From sequence record PP496440.1: a DNA stretch of 64,000 nucleotides, one strand, 5' to 3'. The notes under the pieces are model-generated. The model did not search any database, was not told the origin of the DNA, and saw only the letters and a program-made list of their open reading frames with translations. How positions within the stretch are numbered: position 1 is the first letter of the stretch; every line of letters starts with the position of its first letter. This document shows positions 36,818 to 47,148 of this stretch, piece after piece. The position numbers and the translations under genes were made by a program.

Positions 36818-38017
36818 ATGGCTCGCAGTAGCGAAGTAACCGTACCCAAGAAAGCAACGATCAAGGAGCGCCAGCTCGATCTCAAGTACCGCCCATGGCA
36901 GTGGTCTGACGTCGTTGGGCATGCACCCGTTCTCAACGAACTTAAGACCATCGTCAAGAATTCAGGCAAGCAGTTGCCAGCGGTACTGGGGTTCTTCGGT
37001 GAATCCGGTCGCGGTAAGACCACACTGGCCCGCATGATGGCGACCTACCTGAACTGTGCGACAGATGACGCGTGTGGGGAGTGTGAGTCGTGCACCTTGA
37101 TGATCGACAACCGGCATCCCGACTACAAAGAAATCAACATGGCCGAGATCGGCACTGACGAAGTGGGCGCCATCGTCAACAACGCCAACTTCAAGCCTCG
37201 GTTCAAAACCCGCATCATCTTCCTCGACGAAATCCACAAGATCAAGTCTCAGGCCGCGATGGATAAGCTGCTCAAGCCGATGGAAGAACCGCCGGTTGGC
37301 ACCATGTGGATCATCGCGACCAACCTGCCGGAAAAGATCCCGAACAACAAGGCAGTGATCGGTCGTGCACTGTCCCTCTGGCTGAATGCCCCGACGCCGG
37401 AAGAAATCTCCAAGCGCTTGCTGGCGATTGCCAAGCTGGAGAAGGTGGCGTGGATCACCAGTGAAATGACCAACACGCTGGCGCAGAATTGCAACGCCCA
37501 GGTACGTAACTCGGTCAAGTCGCTGGAACGTCTGATCAACGCCGGTACGGAGTTCTTCTCCAATGATCGCAAGGCCAAGCGTACCGGGAAGATCGACAAG
37601 AAGTCGCTGGATGTCATGCTCAGCAGCATCACGTCTGCGGGTATCGGTGAGGACGCCGAGGTCAACCAGCTGGCATCCGATCTGTTGATGGCGTTGTACA
37701 CCAGTGATCCGGGCAAGGCCATGGTCGCCATCATGTCCAGCAAGGATCAGGTGAAGCTGGTCAACTCCATGATGTACCTGAACCAGTACGTGATGGCCGT
37801 GCAGTTCACGCAGCGCTGCCCCGGCATCTGGCATTCGGACACCAACAAGGCGTTCGCGGCACTGGTCAAGAAAGTATGCAAGGCGATCCCGGCCAACGAG
37901 CTGGGCATGCTGCATAAGGCAATCATTGATCTGCGTATGGCAGTGGTCAGCGGCAACGTAGACGCCACCCAGCACATGATCGCCGGTTGCATGAACCTTA
38001 TGCTTCCACCGGAGTAA
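36818..38017 (+). CDS. dnaX: DnaX (gamma/tau)-like clamp loader ATPase
   Basis: KYRP..WSDVVGH, GESGRGKTT, C4 Zn module CATDDACGECESC, IFLDEIH, LLKPMEEPP. Confidence 0.88.
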   Translation: MARSSEVTVPKKATIKERQLDLKYRPWQWSDVVGHAPVLNELKTIVKNSGKQLPAVLGFFGESGRGKTTLARMMATYLNCATDDACGECESCTLMIDNRHPDYKEINMAEIGTDEVGAIVNNANFKPRFKTRIIFLDEIHKIKSQAAMDKLLKPMEEPPVGTMWIIATNLPEKIPNNKAVIGRALSLWLNAPTPEEISKRLLAIAKLEKVAWITSEMTNTLAQNCNAQVRNSVKSLERLINAGTEFFSNDRKAKRTGKIDKKSLDVMLSSITSAGIGEDAEVNQLASDLLMALYTSDPGKAMVAIMSSKDQVKLVNSMMYLNQYVMAVQFTQRCPGIWHSDTNKAFAALVKKVCKAIPANELGMLHKAIIDLRMAVVSGNVDATQHMIAGCMNLMLPPE

Positions 38018-38021
38018 GGCC

Positions 38022-38105
38022 ATGGATTGGTTATACCTAATAGGTATGCTTGCGGTAATTCTTGCCGGTTGCTACCTTCACGCCAACTGGTATCCGGGTG
38101 ACTGA
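38022..38105 (+). CDS. 27-aa membrane/lipoprotein microprotein
   Basis: MDWLYLIGMLAVILAGCYLHANWYPGD read by hand; fills the gap between two genes. Confidence 0.45.
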   Translation: MDWLYLIGMLAVILAGCYLHANWYPGD

Positions 38106-38106
38106 C

Positions 38107-38607
38107 ATGATTGCCGCACTGCATGTGAGCAAAGACGGGACGAATGAGATCCCAAAGGATGATGATTACTTCGGTTTGGTAAATCTTCGGCATAATCACC
38201 CGAAGACAGGCCGAAGTGTTGCGTTCACTATCTCACGGGATGTGAACTACTTTTGGGTTAACATCCTGCCGTCAAGGCATAACGATCCGGGGTTGATCCC
38301 CCGGTTGACCGATTATCTGCGTTGCCGGTTGAACGGTATGCAGACGTATCGCTGGGTGTCGGGGTTCAAGATTCACACCTTCGATAGCTACCGCATCAAG
38401 CGGCATGGCCCTCTGCGTGCTGATATCGAGTACACCTGTTCGGGAACGGGATTGACAGTAGCCAAGCCTTTCTTCGCCAGCACTGGGCGGCTATTGAACT
38501 CCGTGGCAGAGCATGCGCTTGCTAGAGGCTATACCGTGATCGAATTCAGCCGGGACTATGAACTAGACCGGCACTTCGTTCACCTCAACTTGATCGGGGA
38601 ACTGTAA
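38107..38607 (+). CDS. Hypothetical protein
   Basis: Open frame coupled to neighbours. Confidence 0.6.
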   Translation: MIAALHVSKDGTNEIPKDDDYFGLVNLRHNHPKTGRSVAFTISRDVNYFWVNILPSRHNDPGLIPRLTDYLRCRLNGMQTYRWVSGFKIHTFDSYRIKRHGPLRADIEYTCSGTGLTVAKPFFASTGRLLNSVAEHALARGYTVIEFSRDYELDRHFVHLNLIGEL

Positions 38608-39077
38608 TGACAGACGAAACCAGACGAGAGATGGTACCAGCGTACAAGTTCGACACACTGGTTGCTCACTCTCAAGCGCAGGAAGAGATGATCGCCAAGC
38701 TGACGGCGCGCAACAACCACCTGGAGCTGTACGCCCGCAACGACGTATGGCACTGGCAGAAGGACGGCGGCAATTTCCTCGAGAGCTTGACGTGCCCGGT
38801 CGTGATCGACCCCGCTGACCTGCGGGCATTCCTGCTTGAGAACAATCACGTTGCTCGCTTGAAGACTGTAGCTGACCAGTTCGAAGCGTTTCTGGCAGAT
38901 GAGAAGATTAAAAAGGATGACCTTCAAGGGCGACTGACCCGACTTGCTACTCTGGCCAATACTTTGGTGGAATCAGGTGAGCCCCATGCCCACCCGGACT
39001 TTCCAAAGTTGGTGGACGCCATCGAAGAGGCGATCCCTAGTAAACTGGTCCCTAAGAATCCACCGAAGGGGAGATGA
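38607..39077 (+). CDS. Hypothetical protein
   Basis: Stop-start overlap, coiled-coil character. Confidence 0.7.
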   Translation: MTDETRREMVPAYKFDTLVAHSQAQEEMIAKLTARNNHLELYARNDVWHWQKDGGNFLESLTCPVVIDPADLRAFLLENNHVARLKTVADQFEAFLADEKIKKDDLQGRLTRLATLANTLVESGEPHAHPDFPKLVDAIEEAIPSKLVPKNPPKGR

Positions 39078-39078
39078 T

Positions 39079-39282
39079 ATGAGCAATCAAAAGATCTTCG
39101 AAGCTGCACAGGAATCTGCGGCCCAGCACCAACGTAACCGTCCGGCGCCAGAATCAAAGCTGGATCGTGTTCGGCAGGCTATGAGTTGGTGGAACGCCCA
39201 GACAATGGACGTACGTGAGGTATTGCGGGCTCACTCCAATCTGATCACATCCACCGATATAACCAGCTTCTACTGGGGATAA
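39079..39282 (+). CDS. Hypothetical protein
   Basis: GGAG RBS. Confidence 0.6.
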   Translation: MSNQKIFEAAQESAAQHQRNRPAPESKLDRVRQAMSWWNAQTMDVREVLRAHSNLITSTDITSFYWG

Positions 39283-39284
39283 GC

Positions 39285-39767
39285 ATGACCATCAAGATTG
39301 GAAACTTCGAGGTACGATCCAACCAATGGGTGTGCCATCCGGAGACGTGTAACCACGACAGCCACCCGGCGTATATGATCACCTACCGGGGTAAATCGTA
39401 TCGGAACGCTGACTCAGAGGAAGAGGCCCGGAAGCTCATAGAGTCTGACATCGCGAGTGGTGCTGAGAAGGTGTTGGACAGCTTATTCCATAAAGGTGAG
39501 TCTATCTACCCGCAGGAGGACCTCAAAGGGTTTGTGTGGGAGTCAGTAGCCCAACCGGAGTCTACTCACCTGAAACCGAGTCCACTGTCCTTTTACGAGA
39601 AGGAGGTGGTTAGTCTGCTAGCGGAGGCGTGGAACAAGTTCATGTTGCTCCCAGAGGAGCACCCCAACGACCGACAGACTTTCTGCGACCGGATCAATGA
39701 ACTCCAGAACATGGTCATGTGCCGCCCGGTGCGGCGAATAGGTTGGACGAAAAAGGAAGACGTATGA
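39285..39767 (+). CDS. Hypothetical protein
   Basis: Coupled ORF, 160 aa. Confidence 0.7.
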   Translation: MTIKIGNFEVRSNQWVCHPETCNHDSHPAYMITYRGKSYRNADSEEEARKLIESDIASGAEKVLDSLFHKGESIYPQEDLKGFVWESVAQPESTHLKPSPLSFYEKEVVSLLAEAWNKFMLLPEEHPNDRQTFCDRINELQNMVMCRPVRRIGWTKKEDV

Positions 39768-40279
39768 AGATCAGCATTATTGCAGCAATGGGTAAGAACC
39801 GCGTCATCGGCAAGAACAACACGCTGCCGTGGCACGTACCCGCCGACCTGAAACGCTTCAAAGAACTGACCATGGGCAAGCCGGTGGTCATGGGGCGCAA
39901 CACCTGGGACTCCCTGCCGGACAAGGTACGCCCACTTCCCGGCCGTCTCAACATAATCCTGTCCACGACCCTCCCGGCGGGCACAGGCATAAATGGCACA
40001 CTGGTGTGTCCTAACGTCTCCGAAGCCCTGAACGCCTTGCATGCGATGGAACTCGTACCGGAAGAGGTATTCATCATCGGGGGTGCTCAGGTATACAGTC
40101 ACCTACTGGAATACGATCTGGTGGACAAGATGTACTTGACGTTCGTAGAACAGGACGTGCCGGACGGCGACGCCTTCTTCCCCGAGTTCAACCGGATGGA
40201 CTGGCTCGTCACGGAATCCGATGTGGACTATTCTGACCGCACCCTGTTCAAGGTGTTCGAACGCCGGGGCGAGCGATGA
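39764..40279 (+). CDS. folA: Dihydrofolate reductase
   Basis: IIAAMGKNRVIG..N.LPWH.PADLKRFKELT, VMGR.TW, RPLPGRLNIILS, FIIGGAQVY, GDAFFP. Confidence 0.96.
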   Translation: MKISIIAAMGKNRVIGKNNTLPWHVPADLKRFKELTMGKPVVMGRNTWDSLPDKVRPLPGRLNIILSTTLPAGTGINGTLVCPNVSEALNALHAMELVPEEVFIIGGAQVYSHLLEYDLVDKMYLTFVEQDVPDGDAFFPEFNRMDWLVTESDVDYSDRTLFKVFERRGER

Positions 40280-40590
40280 AAAAGGAGATCCTTGACCGTA
40301 TTCTGGCACAGACTTCCATGTTCCAGCATTCCCAAGAGATGGATAGGTTGAACGCCACCATCGAGCACAACGATCTGAAGTTCCTGTTCAACTTCAAGAC
40401 CAAGGAACTTCAGGTTGTCAACGCCGACGAACTGGCTACCATCTTCGCCAGCCGTAAGCATTCATGGGTAGTCTTGCACAATTTCCCGGAATACCTGCGG
40501 CTGCTTCGAGACAATAGCAAGTTCGAAACCCTCTGGCCCGTGATCAAGGCTATCCTTGACAGCTACCCACCACCGCCACATAAGAGCTAA
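40276..40590 (+). CDS. Hypothetical protein
   Basis: ATGA overlap. Confidence 0.65.
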   Translation: MKKEILDRILAQTSMFQHSQEMDRLNATIEHNDLKFLFNFKTKELQVVNADELATIFASRKHSWVVLHNFPEYLRLLRDNSKFETLWPVIKAILDSYPPPPHKS

Positions 40591-40594
40591 TCTC

Positions 40595-41194
40595 ATGATC
40601 AACGACTGGATCATCACTCATTCTGGCAAGCGCTTCGAACTGGCCGACCCCAGGCCGGAGATGGTGTGCATCGAAGACATTGCCATCGCGCTAGCCCGAC
40701 AGACTCGCTTCAATGGGCACTGCGACCGGTTCTATTCCGTGGCTATGCACTCGTACATCATCTCCAATCACCTTCCCAAGCACTTGCGACTGGAAGGTTT
40801 GTTGCATGACGCGGCGGAGGCCTATATCGGTGACATCAGCAGCCCGCTCAAGAAGATCATCAAGGCACATTGGCCGGGGTTCAAGGCATTCGAAACCCGT
40901 ATTGAGGAAGTCATCTTCGACGCGTTGGGTGTACCGTTGTCCAATGATCCGATGATCAAGGAATACGATCTACGCATGCTGGCCGTGGAACATCGTGACC
41001 TGATGCCTAAGACGGAACATGAATGGTCTATGTTGGTGGGTGTTAAACCCTTGTCCGATGTATTCCCTGAAAGGGAATCACTCGACGCGCAGCTAACGTC
41101 TCGATCTATGTACCATCCGGAGGTTATGGCTCCGACTTTTATCAAGACGTTTAACTATCTGAAAGCCAAGGGTTGGCACTTACCTAAAATCTAG
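40595..41194 (+). CDS. HD-domain phosphohydrolase (YfbR/5'-deoxynucleotidase-like)
   Basis: IEDIAIALA...RFNGH...YSVAMHS, LLHDAAEAYIGDI.SPLK. Confidence 0.85.
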   Translation: MINDWIITHSGKRFELADPRPEMVCIEDIAIALARQTRFNGHCDRFYSVAMHSYIISNHLPKHLRLEGLLHDAAEAYIGDISSPLKKIIKAHWPGFKAFETRIEEVIFDALGVPLSNDPMIKEYDLRMLAVEHRDLMPKTEHEWSMLVGVKPLSDVFPERESLDAQLTSRSMYHPEVMAPTFIKTFNYLKAKGWHLPKI

Positions 41195-41204
41195 GGGAGC
41201 TTCT

Positions 41205-41414
41205 ATGTGGCGCAAGATCCTAGTCGTGATAGGCCTGCTGCTGGTTATGAGCGGGCTTGTCTACGCCAACACCATCTTCGGTGGGGCATCCAGCATCGGG
41301 ACCGTGATAGTCTCCCTACTGTTCACCATTGCCGCCGTCTCAGCCATCCTCGTTACGGAAAAGGTATGGATGGATATTGACAAGAGTAAGGATAAGCGTA
41401 ATGGGAAAAGCTAA
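41205..41414 (+). CDS. Small 2-TM membrane protein
   Basis: Two hydrophobic helices, basic tail. Confidence 0.65.
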   Translation: MWRKILVVIGLLLVMSGLVYANTIFGGASSIGTVIVSLLFTIAAVSAILVTEKVWMDIDKSKDKRNGKS

Positions 41415-41595
41415 GTGGATTATCTGTTCGATTGGGGTGCTAGTCGTTTGTCTCATCCTGTACCTTGTCCACGTAAAGGTTGATCTTGACACGAATAGAG
41501 GTCAGGTGGCTAGCTTGTTCTTCCTGATAGCCATAGCCATGACCCTTATCTCCACGTTGAAGGCACTGGAACTGGTTGACGAAATGCGCCGGTAA
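41401..41595 (+). CDS. Small 2-TM membrane protein
   Basis: Two hydrophobic helices. Confidence 0.6.
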   Translation: MGKAKWIICSIGVLVVCLILYLVHVKVDLDTNRGQVASLFFLIAIAMTLISTLKALELVDEMRR

Positions 41596-41629
41596 ATAAG
41601 CCGTATATGATTCATCTTAGGATAGTGCC

Positions 41630-44095
41630 GTGAACACTCTTCATTCGCTCGAACTCAACAACGTCATCTACATCGAGGAAGCCACACTCGATCTGGATTA
41701 CGAAGGCATCACGTGGATCACCGGTAAGAACCTGAACGCCAAGCTCAAGGGCCGGAACAACGGTGCGGGCAAATCCCTGCTCGTATCTCCGTTGGCCCAG
41801 CTGATGGCTAACAGCCTGCCGACGCAAGAAAAGGGTCAACGGTCTTCCAAGAACGCCTTTTACCAAAACGGCACCTCGACCATCCTGACTCAGACCGTCA
41901 AAGGAATCACCTATCGTTCCACGAAGTCCATGGCCAAGAACAAGGTGTCGTGGACCGTGGCGCAGAAGAACGGTGCCGGTAAGTTCGTAGATATGGAATT
42001 CGCAACCCCAAGCAAGGCGGAAGCTTTCGCGTTGGGGCTTTGTGCGTTGTCCAATGAAGAAGTGTTCAGCACTGTATACCTGGATAGTCGTAAGCCCTTC
42101 GTGATGGTCACCGGCACACCGACCGAGCGCTTTAACTACATCTCCAACTTGTTCCGGTTGGAAGACTATGATCGGGTTCGCCAGATGGCACTGGACGACT
42201 TGGCCGCAGTCAACAAGCAAGAGGTGGAGCTTACCGCCCTGCGTGAGACGTACGAAGGCACCGTTGTCAACCCCGCTGACCTGCGCAAGTGGAGGAAGCT
42301 GCATACCCGCAAGTTGGCGGAAGCAACGGCAGCGCGTGCAGAGGCCGACACCTTACGATCCCACGTTGACGCAATCAAGGTGTACCTCAAGTACAAGGAC
42401 GACATCGAACTGCTCGACGTTGACCTGAAAGCGTTGAAACGTCAGTGGGCCAGCCATACGAAGCAGAAGCGCGCGTACGAAGACTACCAGTCCGTCATGG
42501 CCGAGGGCAAGACCGCCAAGCGCTCGCTAGAAAAGCTGGAGCGTAAGGAAGGTGAGTTCCTCATTCGTCTGAAGGAACTGTGCACCCGGGTGTCAGTACC
42601 CTTCTCGTTGAAGGATGACCCGCAGGAGGTCATGAACGCACTGGTCAAGGTGTTGGATACCGCCCACAACCTGATGTGCGATCAGGAAGAGTTGGTCGGG
42701 ACGCTGGACGACGAACGGCTGAGGATGGAAGCAGGCTACCTCAAAGTGCAGGACGCCGACAAGGCTCTGCGCATTGCCAAGCGCAAGCTGAAAGGTAAGC
42801 CTACACAGAAAGAGGTGTATGGCGAGCAACGGGTGACAGAGCATCGTATCGTGGAGCTGCGCAAGCATCTCGATGCCCACAATGATGGCAAGTGCACCAC
42901 CTGCGGACACTCGTACCCGGCCCGGAAAGCCAAGAAGGACCTGCGGGTGCTGGAGGATCGACTGGCCGAACTGGATCTGTTGGCACGTCAGCACGACAAG
43001 TACGAAAAGGCGAGCAAGGAACGCGACAAGCTGTACGAAGGTACTGCCAAGCAGTTAGACTCTGAACTGGACAAGCTGGTTGAGAGTCTGGTAGTGGCTC
43101 AGAGTGTGCTGAACAAGATGAAGGATGAGCTGGCCGCTTCCGGCTGGGAATCCTTTGCAGTCGCCGCAGACACAGTCAACGCCGACTGGCAGGATGACTG
43201 GGAAGACATTGCCAAGGACAAGTCCGCGCTGACCAAGCAGGCACGTGCTGCGCGTAAAGCGACCAAAGTGGAGAAGCCTTCCACGGACCGCAAGCTGAAA
43301 GACACAATGATCCGTGCCGATAAGGTGCAGGATCACGCTGACCTCATTCGCTCCGGTGCGTCAATCGCCCAAGAGTACGAAGTGTCCGGCAAACCAATCT
43401 CCAGTATCCTGCGTAGTCTTGAGCGCGGCGTCAAACTGGCTGAGAACAAAGTCGCCAGTGCCAGCGTCAACGCGGGTAAATACGAAACGAAAGTGATGGA
43501 AGGTCAGCGCACCATCCGTCAGCTAGCCAAGGTCAAGCACCGCATCCGTGAACTCCGTGAGAACGTGAAGTTCAAGCGTAGTTATGAAGCAGTGGCAGAT
43601 GCCTATGGCAAGAATGGGGTGAAGATGTCCCACGTGGATATCCTCTGCCAACGTATCAGTTCCAATCTGAACAAGTACTCCCATCTGTTGTTCCCGGAAA
43701 AATTCGAGTTCCAGATCGTGGTTGCTCCTAACACCTTCGACGTATTGGTCAAGCGCCCTACAGGTGAGGGACCAGCCAAGGTGTCGGACGCACTGCACTT
43801 ATCCGGGTCGGAAGGTCGTTCGTTCCAGCTACTATGGCTTATCTCCGTGTTGCCGTTCCTGCCCGCCGAGCGTAGGTACAACGTAGCCATCCTCGACGAG
43901 ATGGAAGCGACCATGGATGAACCGAGCCGAGAGCTGATGATCCGTGACTTCCTGCCGGTGTTGAACAAGATAATTCCGCATATCGTCTTCATTAGTCCCA
44001 ACTCTGACAACACGCCGGGTCACAACTACCGTCATCTGGAAGTGGTCAAGAAGGGTAAAACTTCCACCGTACACCTTATCAACGAGGTAGCCTGA
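41630..44095 (+). CDS. sbcC: SbcC/Rad50 (gp46-like) SMC-family ATPase
   Basis: Walker A NGAGKS, coiled coils, Zn hook CTTC, signature LSGSE, Walker B ILDE. Confidence 0.9.
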   Translation: MNTLHSLELNNVIYIEEATLDLDYEGITWITGKNLNAKLKGRNNGAGKSLLVSPLAQLMANSLPTQEKGQRSSKNAFYQNGTSTILTQTVKGITYRSTKSMAKNKVSWTVAQKNGAGKFVDMEFATPSKAEAFALGLCALSNEEVFSTVYLDSRKPFVMVTGTPTERFNYISNLFRLEDYDRVRQMALDDLAAVNKQEVELTALRETYEGTVVNPADLRKWRKLHTRKLAEATAARAEADTLRSHVDAIKVYLKYKDDIELLDVDLKALKRQWASHTKQKRAYEDYQSVMAEGKTAKRSLEKLERKEGEFLIRLKELCTRVSVPFSLKDDPQEVMNALVKVLDTAHNLMCDQEELVGTLDDERLRMEAGYLKVQDADKALRIAKRKLKGKPTQKEVYGEQRVTEHRIVELRKHLDAHNDGKCTTCGHSYPARKAKKDLRVLEDRLAELDLLARQHDKYEKASKERDKLYEGTAKQLDSELDKLVESLVVAQSVLNKMKDELAASGWESFAVAADTVNADWQDDWEDIAKDKSALTKQARAARKATKVEKPSTDRKLKDTMIRADKVQDHADLIRSGASIAQEYEVSGKPISSILRSLERGVKLAENKVASASVNAGKYETKVMEGQRTIRQLAKVKHRIRELRENVKFKRSYEAVADAYGKNGVKMSHVDILCQRISSNLNKYSHLLFPEKFEFQIVVAPNTFDVLVKRPTGEGPAKVSDALHLSGSEGRSFQLLWLISVLPFLPAERRYNVAILDEMEATMDEPSRELMIRDFLPVLNKIIPHIVFISPNSDNTPGHNYRHLEVVKKGKTSTVHLINEVA

Positions 44096-44096
44096 T

Positions 44097-44393
44097 ATGA
44101 CCCACCCCAAAGAAACAAAACCGGATCCACGGTTAGTGGATGATCTGGCCCGTCACTTGATCGCATTTTCACGGGAACAAAAGAACCCGGTGCGGCTGGT
44201 CGGAAACCTGCACGGGCGTAACTTCGTGTGGACACCGGGTGGTACCCTGTTCTGGATACAGACTCCCGGAGCTACTATGCCGCGAGGGGAGTCCAAACTG
44301 ATCGTGGATGGGGATACCCTCGACGGCGGTATGCGTATGCAGGTCTGCAAGGACGGGCACGCCACCGTGAAGCAGGAGCCTCGTCATGGCTAG
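44097..44393 (+). CDS. Hypothetical protein
   Basis: GAGG RBS. Confidence 0.65.
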   Translation: MTHPKETKPDPRLVDDLARHLIAFSREQKNPVRLVGNLHGRNFVWTPGGTLFWIQTPGATMPRGESKLIVDGDTLDGGMRMQVCKDGHATVKQEPRHG

Positions 44394-44542
44394 ACATCGC
44401 GGTCGTACCCAACCTGAACCCCGCCGTCCAGCGTCCCCCAAGATGAGTGAATTGCTCACCCTGAGCTATGCGCGTCCGGGCAGCATCACCCTCATCTGCC
44501 GCTTCCGTGAGATCTTCGGCATGAACTACAAGGAGGTAAAAG

Positions 44543-44986
44543 ATGACCAACGCAAACGCTGAAGCTCCAGACGGGTGCGGTGTCCTCCTTCTGGATGTCA
44601 CTAACCCGGACTTCTTCAAGTTTATGAGCTGCGGCTTGCGCTTCCTGCGTGAAGCCCGACAGATCACGTTTCCCACTCAAAAGCTGTGGGACCAGTTCTG
44701 CTTGGGTGAAGGCCGTCCATTCACTCCGTGGGTGTCTTGGTTGCCGGAACCCATGGCAGAGATTCAGAAACTGGTCACGGGTAAGGTGGTAGCCACTGGC
44801 ATCTTCGATACCCGGTCGTTCATCGAGGTACGTAAAGTTCCCGGTCTTCAGGAAAACTGGATGCGCGTCATGTACGCCGAGAGCAAAGCCCGGACGTTCA
44901 ACAGCAGGATCGAAGCTCTGCGTGAATGCGGCACCACACGGGATGACTGGTGGGATGAGGTTGTTGTCGGCTGGAAGGAGGCGTAA
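44543..44986 (+). CDS. Hypothetical protein
   Basis: AAGGAGGT RBS. Confidence 0.75.
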   Translation: MTNANAEAPDGCGVLLLDVTNPDFFKFMSCGLRFLREARQITFPTQKLWDQFCLGEGRPFTPWVSWLPEPMAEIQKLVTGKVVATGIFDTRSFIEVRKVPGLQENWMRVMYAESKARTFNSRIEALRECGTTRDDWWDEVVVGWKEA

Positions 44987-44988
44987 CC

Positions 44989-45519
44989 ATGGCTAAGGGA
45001 AAGACTGTCAAGTTCTACTTGGCCACCTCGTACGAGCTGCATGCCTCCGCCGAACTGTATGTGGACTGGATTCAGAACCACACGGATACCCAGCTCAAGA
45101 ACACAGCGCGATGGATCTGGGATGAAAACGATACCGACCACGTGGCGCAGAAAGCCAAGATGGACTTCGAGGACATCGACAAGGCAGATGCCCTGATCGC
45201 CTTCTGGCCGTTCGGCAAGGGGACCAGCGCCGAGATTGCCTACGCGTACGCCAAGGGTTTGCAGATCATCATGTACATCCCGGAGGATTTCTACGACGAA
45301 GGGAAGATTGCGTGCATGCCGGTTGGCCTTGGTGTCCCACTGGAATACGCGGAGTGGCATACAGGTGACGGTGGGCCGGATGAAAGCTCAGAGCCATGGG
45401 CGTCCGCTCGGTACCACCCCTGCCACTACAGCAAGAAACTCCTACCCACCGAGCCAGTGATCGTCCACAACCTTAAAGGGCTGTCGTTCGCTCTAACGCT
45501 CCTTACCAAGAGACAGTAG
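44989..45519 (+). CDS. Nucleoside 2-deoxyribosyltransferase / dNMP N-glycosidase-like protein
   Basis: FYLAT, D..DIDKADALI, GTSAEIAYAYAKG. Confidence 0.75.
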   Translation: MAKGKTVKFYLATSYELHASAELYVDWIQNHTDTQLKNTARWIWDENDTDHVAQKAKMDFEDIDKADALIAFWPFGKGTSAEIAYAYAKGLQIIMYIPEDFYDEGKIACMPVGLGVPLEYAEWHTGDGGPDESSEPWASARYHPCHYSKKLLPTEPVIVHNLKGLSFALTLLTKRQ

Positions 45520-45521
45520 CC

Positions 45522-45992
45522 ATGACCACCCGAGTCCGGCCACAAGGTACAGACATTCCGTTGTCCATTCGCTTCGGCGTGCGGGCAACCCTCTTGATGA
45601 ACAACGTTGCAGCCGCTCTGGTTAAGTACCGCAACAATGTCGTAGCTCTAGCCTTCGCCGGACTACTCGCGACGTGTACTTACCTGTATCTGGATAACAG
45701 CTGCATGCGCCGCTGGGAAGGTGTACCGGTACAGACCCGCTGGGCATGGGGTGAGTGCCAAGTCAAGGTAGATGAGCTGTGGCGTGAAGAAGGGTTCGCC
45801 GTCAACTACCTGAAAAGCAAGTTTGCAAGGGACGGGTTCTTCATCCTGTCCAGTAGTGCCATCTACTCCGAGGAATTCCAAGAGCTGGATGTGCACAGCC
45901 GGGGAAAACACCTGGCACCCGATGTAACCCCGGAACACTCACCTACCGATAAACCCGCAAAGGAACAGACCAATGCTTCTTCAAAACACTGA
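45522..45992 (+). CDS. Membrane-anchored hypothetical protein
   Basis: Single TM segment. Confidence 0.6.
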   Translation: MTTRVRPQGTDIPLSIRFGVRATLLMNNVAAALVKYRNNVVALAFAGLLATCTYLYLDNSCMRRWEGVPVQTRWAWGECQVKVDELWREEGFAVNYLKSKFARDGFFILSSSAIYSEEFQELDVHSRGKHLAPDVTPEHSPTDKPAKEQTNASSKH

Positions 45993-47061
45993 TAGCATTC
46001 ACGAACAGATGGGCGAGACTGCTGAATCTCGCGTCCAGCACCTGATCACAATGCTGACCATGCAGTACGCTAATAACCAGATCCAGCACGACCCTTGCTG
46101 GGCGCACTTCGACAACTCGGTTCGCGCCGATTACCGCATGGCTCTTATCGAACTGGGTGAAGTGTGGGATCACCTGCCGTCCGGCCAATGGTGGAAGAAG
46201 GGCGACCAGACCGAAGCTTTCCTCAATCTGGAGCAACGTGATCAAGCGGCGCTGGAGATCGTGGATGCGATGCACTTTGCTTTAAGCCACACCATCCGCA
46301 ACTACATCGACGACCCAGACCACACCGTGATGGCCGAGGTCATCCCTGACATCGCCTCGTTGATCGCCAGCGTCAGCATGCAGGCATCGGTCGTGTACGA
46401 AGACTTCCTGCGCGGTGACTTCACCGTTGAACAGATCATGGGTGAGTTCAACTCTCTGATCGACACGGCCATCATCAATACCAACTTCGAGGTGTTCCCG
46501 CTGGACTCGGTTACCGTGCCGTCCAACCTGTTGGGTAACGGCACGCACCAGAGCTTCACCAACTTCTGGTCGAGCGTGTTCCTCGCACTGCATCTGCTGG
46601 ACTACAGCTTCGAGCAGGTCGTCGCGCTGTACGTCACCAAGAACCGCCTCAACACCTTCCGCGTTAAAAACGGTTACACCAAGAAGGCCGGTGAAGACCG
46701 TTATATCAAGTTGGCGTATGATGGCGGTTCTGATACCGTCCCAGTCGAAGACAACCATCACGTCCCGGCCATGGCCCGTTCGGCAGCAGAGGCTACTGCA
46801 CTGCGCGGCAGCGACTTGACGATGGAGATCGACAACGCCATCATTGCGATGTACCGTAACCGTCTGGCGCAGGTGTGGGGTGTGATCGATGCTATCTCTA
46901 GTCGCTCAATTGCTGCGACTCAGGATGCCTTCCCCGCTCATTGGCTGTTGCCAGTCGGTGGCTGGAACCTGGTTAACACCCAAGATGGCTTGGGGTATCA
47001 CAATACTGATACACAAGAGACGATCGTGTACCAAGGCGTGCACCCACACTTCTCTAAGTAA
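45973..47061 (+). CDS. dut: Dimeric all-alpha dUTPase
   Basis: ALIELGE, WWKK, LEIVDAMHFALS, YVTKNRLNTFRVKNGY. Confidence 0.85.
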   Translation: MLLQNTDSIHEQMGETAESRVQHLITMLTMQYANNQIQHDPCWAHFDNSVRADYRMALIELGEVWDHLPSGQWWKKGDQTEAFLNLEQRDQAALEIVDAMHFALSHTIRNYIDDPDHTVMAEVIPDIASLIASVSMQASVVYEDFLRGDFTVEQIMGEFNSLIDTAIINTNFEVFPLDSVTVPSNLLGNGTHQSFTNFWSSVFLALHLLDYSFEQVVALYVTKNRLNTFRVKNGYTKKAGEDRYIKLAYDGGSDTVPVEDNHHVPAMARSAAEATALRGSDLTMEIDNAIIAMYRNRLAQVWGVIDAISSRSIAATQDAFPAHWLLPVGGWNLVNTQDGLGYHNTDTQETIVYQGVHPHFSK

Positions 47062-47087
47062 GCCCTGATCCACCGCAGCGACAAAGG

Positions 47088-47135
47088 AACCCCGTGTAAA
47101 ACTATCTGTCAAATGGTAGTTGCACGGGGTTTTTT
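47088..47135 (+). terminator. Long-stem terminator overlapping the -35 of the next promoter
   Basis: AACCCCGTGTAA/TTGCACGGGGTT stem followed by TTTT. Confidence 0.7.
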
Positions 47136-47148
47136 CGTGTGCTATAAT
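47120..47148 (+). promoter_or_regulatory. Sigma70-type early promoter
   Basis: TTGCAC-N17-TATAAT, TG extension; duplicate of 10201 promoter including downstream GCACCATGGCAC. Confidence 0.8.
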
